The translations under genes were made by a program, and so were the position numbers. From assembly GCA_003554865.1 (NCBI GenBank), contig PWHJ01000050.1:38981-102980 (forward strand): 64,000 nt of DNA, given 5' to 3'. Source of the stretch: Bacteroidota bacterium (GTDB lineage: Bacteria; Bacteroidota; Bacteroidia; Bacteroidales; PUMT01). This document shows positions 59,374 to 64,000 of this stretch, in pieces (positions within the stretch are counted from its first letter, which is position 1; each line of letters begins with the position of its first letter). The notes beneath the pieces are model-generated. The model was not told the DNA's origin, made no database searches, and was given only the letters and a program-made list of their open reading frames with translations.

Positions 59374-60819
59374 ATGAGGTATTACGTGCTTTCCCATATA
59401 ATGAAAGATATACTCAAAAGCAAATTTACCCGGAAGTATCTTTTAAATCAGTTTGACAAGAGCCTTTATAATGCACTGGTGAAAAATGCCACAAGAAACC
59501 TTGTGGAAACCCAGAAAAAAAAGTATCATTTTCTCTCAACAATGCTTAAGGCCTCTGTCAGCAACCTTGAAAAAGGGTATTTTTCCGAAAAGGTCTTCAG
59601 GCGAATAATAAATGTGCTGGTTGAAAATGCTTTTCTTGCAAAGGAAAAGTATAAGGACAAGCTTGAGCAATTCAGGGAAGAGTATGGTGATTATCCTCCC
59701 ACATTTTTGGTGGTTTCTCCTACTCAGGCATGCAATCTCACCTGTGAGGGCTGTTATGCTGCCTCAGGTACAGAAGCAAAACCGTCTATTCCCTATCATA
59801 TTTTCGACCGTATAATATCAGAGGCCAGGGACAAGCTGCACAACCGCTTTATTACAATCAGCGGAGGCGAGCCTTTTATATACAAAAGTGAGGGTAAAAC
59901 ACTGATGGATATATTTGAAAAGTATAATGACATGTTTTTCCTTGTCTATACCAACGGAACCCTCATCACACAAGAGCTGGCCGAAAGAATGGCCGGGGCG
60001 GGTAACGTTACACCGGCTATTTCCGTTGAGGGGTTTGAGAAGGAGACGGATGCGCGCCGCGGAGAGGGAACGCACCGCCGGGTTCTGCAGGCCTTTGAGA
60101 ACCTCAGAAATGCCGGAGTGCCTTTCGGTATATCTGTTACTGCCACAAGCGACAATGCCGGTATTCTGCTTGATGATAAGTTCTATGAATACTTTTTTGA
60201 CAGGGAAAGGGCCATATATATGTGGCAGTTCCAGCTTATGCCAATAGGAAGGAGCAACAAGGCTTTTGAGAAGATGGTTCCGCCGGAAAAACGTGTGGAG
60301 CTTTACAGGAAGTGGGACGAGATGATAACCAATGAAAAGTATTGTGTGGCCGATTTCTGGAACAGCGGTGTTCTTTCAAACGGCTGCCTTGCATACGGAA
60401 GAAGGGGAGGATATCTCCACATTGACTGGAACGGCAATATTATGCCCTGTGTTTTTGTCCCTTATTATGTAGATAATATCTATGATCTTTACAATAACGG
60501 AAAAACCCTTGTGGATGCCCTCTTTTCCGATTTTATGAAAAACGGGCGTAAGTGGATAGACGATTATGGTATGCGCAATCCGAAAGAAGCTAAAAACTGG
60601 CTGATGCCCTGTTCCATACGCGATCATTATGCAAATTTCAGAGAGAATATCCTGCCTGAAAATGCCAAACCGGAAAATGAGCAGGCGCGCGAATCCCTTG
60701 AGGATGATAACTACTACAAGAACCTGGTTCTATACGACGATAGACTGGAAGAGCTAACCGGTGATATTTGGGAAAAGGAATACCTGAAGAAAGAGAGCAC
60801 GGTTGAGCAAAACCGTTAA
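59374..60819 (+). CDS. Radical SAM protein (about 100-aa helical N-extension, SPASM-like Cys-containing C-region)
   Basis: 481 aa. It has a CxxxCxxC motif (ACNLTCEGCYA) and GGEPF. AGGAGGG lies 6 nt upstream of the ATG. Confidence 0.8.
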   Translation: MRYYVLSHIMKDILKSKFTRKYLLNQFDKSLYNALVKNATRNLVETQKKKYHFLSTMLKASVSNLEKGYFSEKVFRRIINVLVENAFLAKEKYKDKLEQFREEYGDYPPTFLVVSPTQACNLTCEGCYAASGTEAKPSIPYHIFDRIISEARDKLHNRFITISGGEPFIYKSEGKTLMDIFEKYNDMFFLVYTNGTLITQELAERMAGAGNVTPAISVEGFEKETDARRGEGTHRRVLQAFENLRNAGVPFGISVTATSDNAGILLDDKFYEYFFDRERAIYMWQFQLMPIGRSNKAFEKMVPPEKRVELYRKWDEMITNEKYCVADFWNSGVLSNGCLAYGRRGGYLHIDWNGNIMPCVFVPYYVDNIYDLYNNGKTLVDALFSDFMKNGRKWIDDYGMRNPKEAKNWLMPCSIRDHYANFRENILPENAKPENEQARESLEDDNYYKNLVLYDDRLEELTGDIWEKEYLKKESTVEQNR

Positions 60820-60865
60820 ACAGTCCGGTTTTATCCCACAATTGGACTACCTGCCGGAAAAAAAT

Positions 60866-60908
60866 AAGCCGGTCCCGCCCTGTTATAATGACAGGGCGGG
60901 GCCGGCTT
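60866..60908. terminator. Bidirectional rho-independent terminator
   Basis: An 18-bp stem AAGCCGGTCCCGCCCTGT / ACAGGGCGGGGCCGGCTT (one G-U pair) with a 7-nt loop. T-rich runs follow on both strands, between convergent genes. Confidence 0.75.
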
Positions 60909-60919
60909 TATCTTTTGTT

Positions 60920-62122
60920 TCAGTCTTCGAGCAGTCCGCTGTAGGCCTGACGAACCATCCGGTCGAAGCTTTCATAAAGCCCTGTCATGCTATCGTAGTC
61001 TGGTTTGCCCTTGCTGCGCCACTCTTCCATCTCCTCTCTGGTAATATTGTAAATATTCCGGCTCACATTCAGAAGCTGCTGGGTTATGCCCGTATTGTCG
61101 GCATTAAAGGCTTTCGTGGTGTTGATATAGTATTGTGTAGACCCTCTTCTGGAAGGTGTCATCAGCCTTTTCACTTTCAGTGCATAATCGCATATCTCTG
61201 AATTCTCCTCCCCGGGAGCTGTTACTACTTCAGGAAGATCACCCTCAGGTGTAAGCCATACGGGAATGGCAACCGATCCGAGGGGGAAGCCGACCATTGA
61301 CCACATTGTGGTCAGCAGGGGAGACTCTTCCTCTTTAACTCCCTGTACAACAAGCGATGATGTTGATGTAAAACGGTTGATGCAATCCTGGAAATACATA
61401 TAATTATCCTCTCCCTCCGCAGGCATATCTTCTCTGGCATTTTCACCGGTCAGCGAATTTTCCAGCGATATCATCGCCTCCTCAATCAAAAATGGCAGTG
61501 AAAGGTTGCCTTCTCCGGAAGCGTTGTAAAACATTTTCTCGGCCGTGCCGAAACGGATATAGCCGGCACCTTGATTAGCTTCCCCGTCAAACGAATAATT
61601 GGTTCTGACTATGTAGCCGTGCGGGGCCACTCTTTTGTCGTTAACATCAAAGCGGGTGTAGGTGTGATCTCCCGTTTCAAAAAAAGCTGCTCCCCCTTCT
61701 GCATCAATCACTCCGAAGTTCGACCTGACGTTGCGCGGACGGGGGTAATCCTCGATGAATTGCTCAAATTCCTCAACCGTTGCACATTCCATAAGTGCCT
61801 CTTTCATGAAGATACCGTTATTGGCACCGTCCCCCTCAATATTGTAGGAGAGGGTGTTCATAACGGCAAAGCCTTCACTGTTGAATCCTATCCATATCTT
61901 TTCCGGCTCGGCATCTGCGGAGTTGACAAGAGCCACCGCTTCATATTTTCCATCATTTATTACCACTATTTTGTTGTCAAAAGCCTGTGTGTCCCTGTGT
62001 TTCCACATCAGGGGACGCCCGTCGGGGGTATGCTCACCGGAGATAATAACTGACGTGCATGTAAAAGCCTGCTGCAGGCTAAACAGGATTGTAACTGCCA
62101 AAAAAAATATTCGCTTTTTCAT
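60920..62122 (-). CDS. Secreted Ntn-hydrolase-type cysteine amidase/peptidase (C45/C59/C69-like)
   Basis: 400 aa. The signal peptide is followed directly by CTSVIISGEHTPDGRPLMWKHRDT, which fits an N-terminal Cys nucleophile pattern. The exact family is uncertain. Confidence 0.55.
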   Translation of the reverse strand: MKKRIFFLAVTILFSLQQAFTCTSVIISGEHTPDGRPLMWKHRDTQAFDNKIVVINDGKYEAVALVNSADAEPEKIWIGFNSEGFAVMNTLSYNIEGDGANNGIFMKEALMECATVEEFEQFIEDYPRPRNVRSNFGVIDAEGGAAFFETGDHTYTRFDVNDKRVAPHGYIVRTNYSFDGEANQGAGYIRFGTAEKMFYNASGEGNLSLPFLIEEAMISLENSLTGENAREDMPAEGEDNYMYFQDCINRFTSTSSLVVQGVKEEESPLLTTMWSMVGFPLGSVAIPVWLTPEGDLPEVVTAPGEENSEICDYALKVKRLMTPSRRGSTQYYINTTKAFNADNTGITQQLLNVSRNIYNITREEMEEWRSKGKPDYDSMTGLYESFDRMVRQAYSGLLED

Positions 62123-62127
62123 ACTAT

Positions 62128-62913
62128 TTATTTTTCAGGGTTATTTTTATTAAATTTTTTTGCTTCCTCCCACAGTTGGTTCATTTCATCCAGGGTCATT
62201 TCCCCGAGCGACTTGCCGGCCTCGGTGGTTTTCTCCTCAATATAGCTGAAACGCCTCATGAACTCCTGATTGGTTTTCTCCAGGGCGTTTTCAGGATCTA
62301 TTCCGTAAAGGCGCCCCGCATTTACAATTGAAAAGAGCAGGTCTCCGAATTCCGATTCTGCCTGCGGCTTGTCACTTTTATCTATTTCATAGCTCAACTC
62401 TACAACCTCTTCTATAATCTTCTCCCATATCTCTTCCTTATGCTCCCAGTCGAAACCAACCCCCCTGACCTTCTCCTGTATCCGCTTTGCTTTGATAAGA
62501 GAGGGAAGTGAGGCCGGTACACCCGAAAGCAGCTTTTTATCCGTATCCTTTAATTTCAAATGCTCCCAGTTGCTTTTAACCTCTTCTTCATTTTCCGCCT
62601 TTACTTTGCCGAAAACGTGCGGGTGACGGGAAACAAGCTTCCGGTTAATACTGTTTATTACATCTGTGATGTCGAAATGCTCTTCTTCCGAGCCTATACG
62701 TGAATAGAAAACAATGTGAAGCAAAAGGTCACCCAGTTCATTTTTGACCTCTTCCATATTGCCCTGTGAAATGGCATCGGCAAGCTCGTAAGTTTCCTCG
62801 ATGGTTAAATTTCTAAGGGTTTCAAAGGTCTGCTTTTTGTCCCACGGACATTTTTCTCTCAGCTCATCCATTATATCAAGGAGCTTTTCAAATGCGGCCA
62901 GCTTTTTTTCCAT
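62128..62913 (-). CDS. mazG: Nucleoside triphosphate pyrophosphohydrolase MazG
   Basis: 261 aa with tandem MazG domains (EETYELADAI, EELGDLLLHIVF / EFGDLLFSIVN). Confidence 0.9.
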   Translation of the reverse strand: MEKKLAAFEKLLDIMDELREKCPWDKKQTFETLRNLTIEETYELADAISQGNMEEVKNELGDLLLHIVFYSRIGSEEEHFDITDVINSINRKLVSRHPHVFGKVKAENEEEVKSNWEHLKLKDTDKKLLSGVPASLPSLIKAKRIQEKVRGVGFDWEHKEEIWEKIIEEVVELSYEIDKSDKPQAESEFGDLLFSIVNAGRLYGIDPENALEKTNQEFMRRFSYIEEKTTEAGKSLGEMTLDEMNQLWEEAKKFNKNNPEK

Positions 62914-62998
62914 AAAACAGTAAAAAATTTAGCTTATCCTGATAATGCAATATTAAAAAAAACTCTGTTTACCCCGAATTATTCACATATGTTATTAT

Positions 62999-63841
62999 TT
63001 ATTTTTTGCCGCGGAACTTTACCCTTACATTTGAATTGGTGTCCAGATTGAGCAATTGAGCAATATTCCCTTTGTTGATGGCAACTTCAAGCAAATCAAG
63101 AGAATTGAAGAGAGCCAGCATCTCCCCGGGCGAAGTTTCACCGTAAGTTTCATTCAGCCTGGTTATGCGGTAGTGATTGCTTTGAACCAGGATCTCAAAG
63201 GAGCGCCCCCGGCCCACCCGCTCAAACAAATCGCGTGTGATATTGGTAATGGCATTTTGATATGAATCGATGTATATGACGCTGCCGGTTATTACATCCT
63301 CATCGATAGTGGCACGCCTTGGCGTACTTTTCGAACAGGAGGTGACCCCCTCTCCAAGCTCTGACATATCTTTGCCCGAGGCAAGGTGGCAGGCTGCATA
63401 GCAGAAAACCGAAAAGGCCGCGAAAGAGCACCCCTCCCCTTTTTTACCGGTGGTTTCTTCAGTCAGGCCGGTTTTGCCGGCATCGTTTTTTTCACCCTTT
63501 GCAGAATTGAGATTTACTATTTTTTCAGCTTCCTTTTTAAATAATAACCCAAAAAGGCCGTTGTCTGCTGCAATGAAAAAATGCCCTTCGTAAAGTGCCG
63601 CCAGAAAACGGCCGTTTTCTGAATTTTCACTGTTGACCCATACGGTGTGGACACTACCCCCGGGGAAATGCCGGTAACTGTTTTTCAGGATAAAAGCGGC
63701 CTGCGCAATGTTGAAAGTTTCCACCCGGTGTGAAATATCAACTATTGTTGCATTCGGGTAAAGGGAAATTATCTTGCCTTTAACCGCCCCGCAATAGTGG
63801 TCGTTTTTATTCCAGTCGGTTGTTAACGTTATTACTGGCAT
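62999..63841 (-). CDS. SAM hydrolase / SAM hydroxide adenosyltransferase family protein (DUF62)
   Basis: 280 aa. The family N-terminus is ITLTTDWNKNDHYCGAVKGKI...IVDISH. Confidence 0.8.
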   Translation of the reverse strand: MPVITLTTDWNKNDHYCGAVKGKIISLYPNATIVDISHRVETFNIAQAAFILKNSYRHFPGGSVHTVWVNSENSENGRFLAALYEGHFFIAADNGLFGLLFKKEAEKIVNLNSAKGEKNDAGKTGLTEETTGKKGEGCSFAAFSVFCYAACHLASGKDMSELGEGVTSCSKSTPRRATIDEDVITGSVIYIDSYQNAITNITRDLFERVGRGRSFEILVQSNHYRITRLNETYGETSPGEMLALFNSLDLLEVAINKGNIAQLLNLDTNSNVRVKFRGKK

Positions 63842-63910
63842 TTGGGCACCAAAGGTCTTGTCGGTTAGAATATTCGGGATTGAGTTAAAAAAAAATGAAA
63901 AAAATGTGAT

Positions 63911-63918
63911 TATTTTTG
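63911..63918 (+). promoter_or_regulatory. TAnnTTTG -7 box
   Basis: TATTTTTG lies 35 nt upstream of ATG 63953. Confidence 0.4.
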
Positions 63919-63952
63919 CAGATCAAAAGTAATTATAATTTGACAATTTTTA

Positions 63953-64000
63953 TGACTGAACATCTCATATATTTGGAAGGTGTCGATCCGGTATCCCTCT
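63953..64000 (+). CDS. 5' end of a gene running off the window (possibly PhoH-like)
   Basis: Only 16 codons are visible (MTEHLIYLEGVDPVSL). The resemblance to Bacteroidota PhoH N-termini is from memory. Confidence 0.3.

Noticed and set aside
59374-60819. Radical SAM enzyme as the maturase of the acidic GG-peptide
   Set aside because: It lies 5 kb beyond the HlyD gene and is separated from it by ppdK and pckA, each with its own promoter and terminator. The peptide core also has no Cys and almost no Ser/Thr, the usual radical-SAM RiPP crosslink residues.

Overview
This 64-kb window looks like the chromosome of a Bacteroidota (Bacteroidia-like) organism. The evidence for that placement is a 286-aa RpoD, many TAnnTTTG -7 promoter boxes, and GH3, WbqC, DUF1987 and DUF362 family genes. 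No search was possible, so all family assignments rest on motifs read from the translated ORFs.

Most of the window is tightly packed housekeeping genes:
- gyrB, an M20 peptidase, dapF, htrA/degQ, rpoD and two tandem M14 carboxypeptidase paralogs
- uvrB, proS, dapB-lepB, and the thrS-infC-rpmI-rplT operon (infC has a non-AUG start)
- two tandem tRNA-Leu genes, rlmD, an ABC-F ATPase, rlmB and an MscS channel
- ppdK, pckA, mazG and a DUF62 SAM hydrolase

I saw no rRNA, CRISPR array, transposase or integrase.

The standout region is about 44.3-54.3 kb. A 69-aa double-glycine-leader precursor has a mature part that is extraordinarily acidic and cysteine-free. It is transcribed divergently from a 948-aa TPR-CHAT (caspase-like) protein that appears to face the periplasm. 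Around these two genes sit:
- a sigma-70-like factor
- a single-pass anti-sigma-like TPR membrane protein
- an orphan soluble histidine-kinase-like protein with a degenerate ATP site
- an intact C39-peptidase ABC exporter (PCAT)
- a HlyD adaptor

I propose this as a candidate, undescribed peptide-export and envelope-signalling module. It does not look like a classical bacteriocin locus.

Secondary oddities:
- a lipoprotein made almost entirely of His/Tyr/Trp repeats and an S/T/R/G tail, next to an outer-membrane beta-barrel
- an M14 paralog and an alpha/beta hydrolase that have lost catalytic residues
- a Tat-DUF362 plus membrane polyferredoxin pair
- tandem palindromic repeats between thrS and the tRNA genes
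- several unexplained inverted repeats
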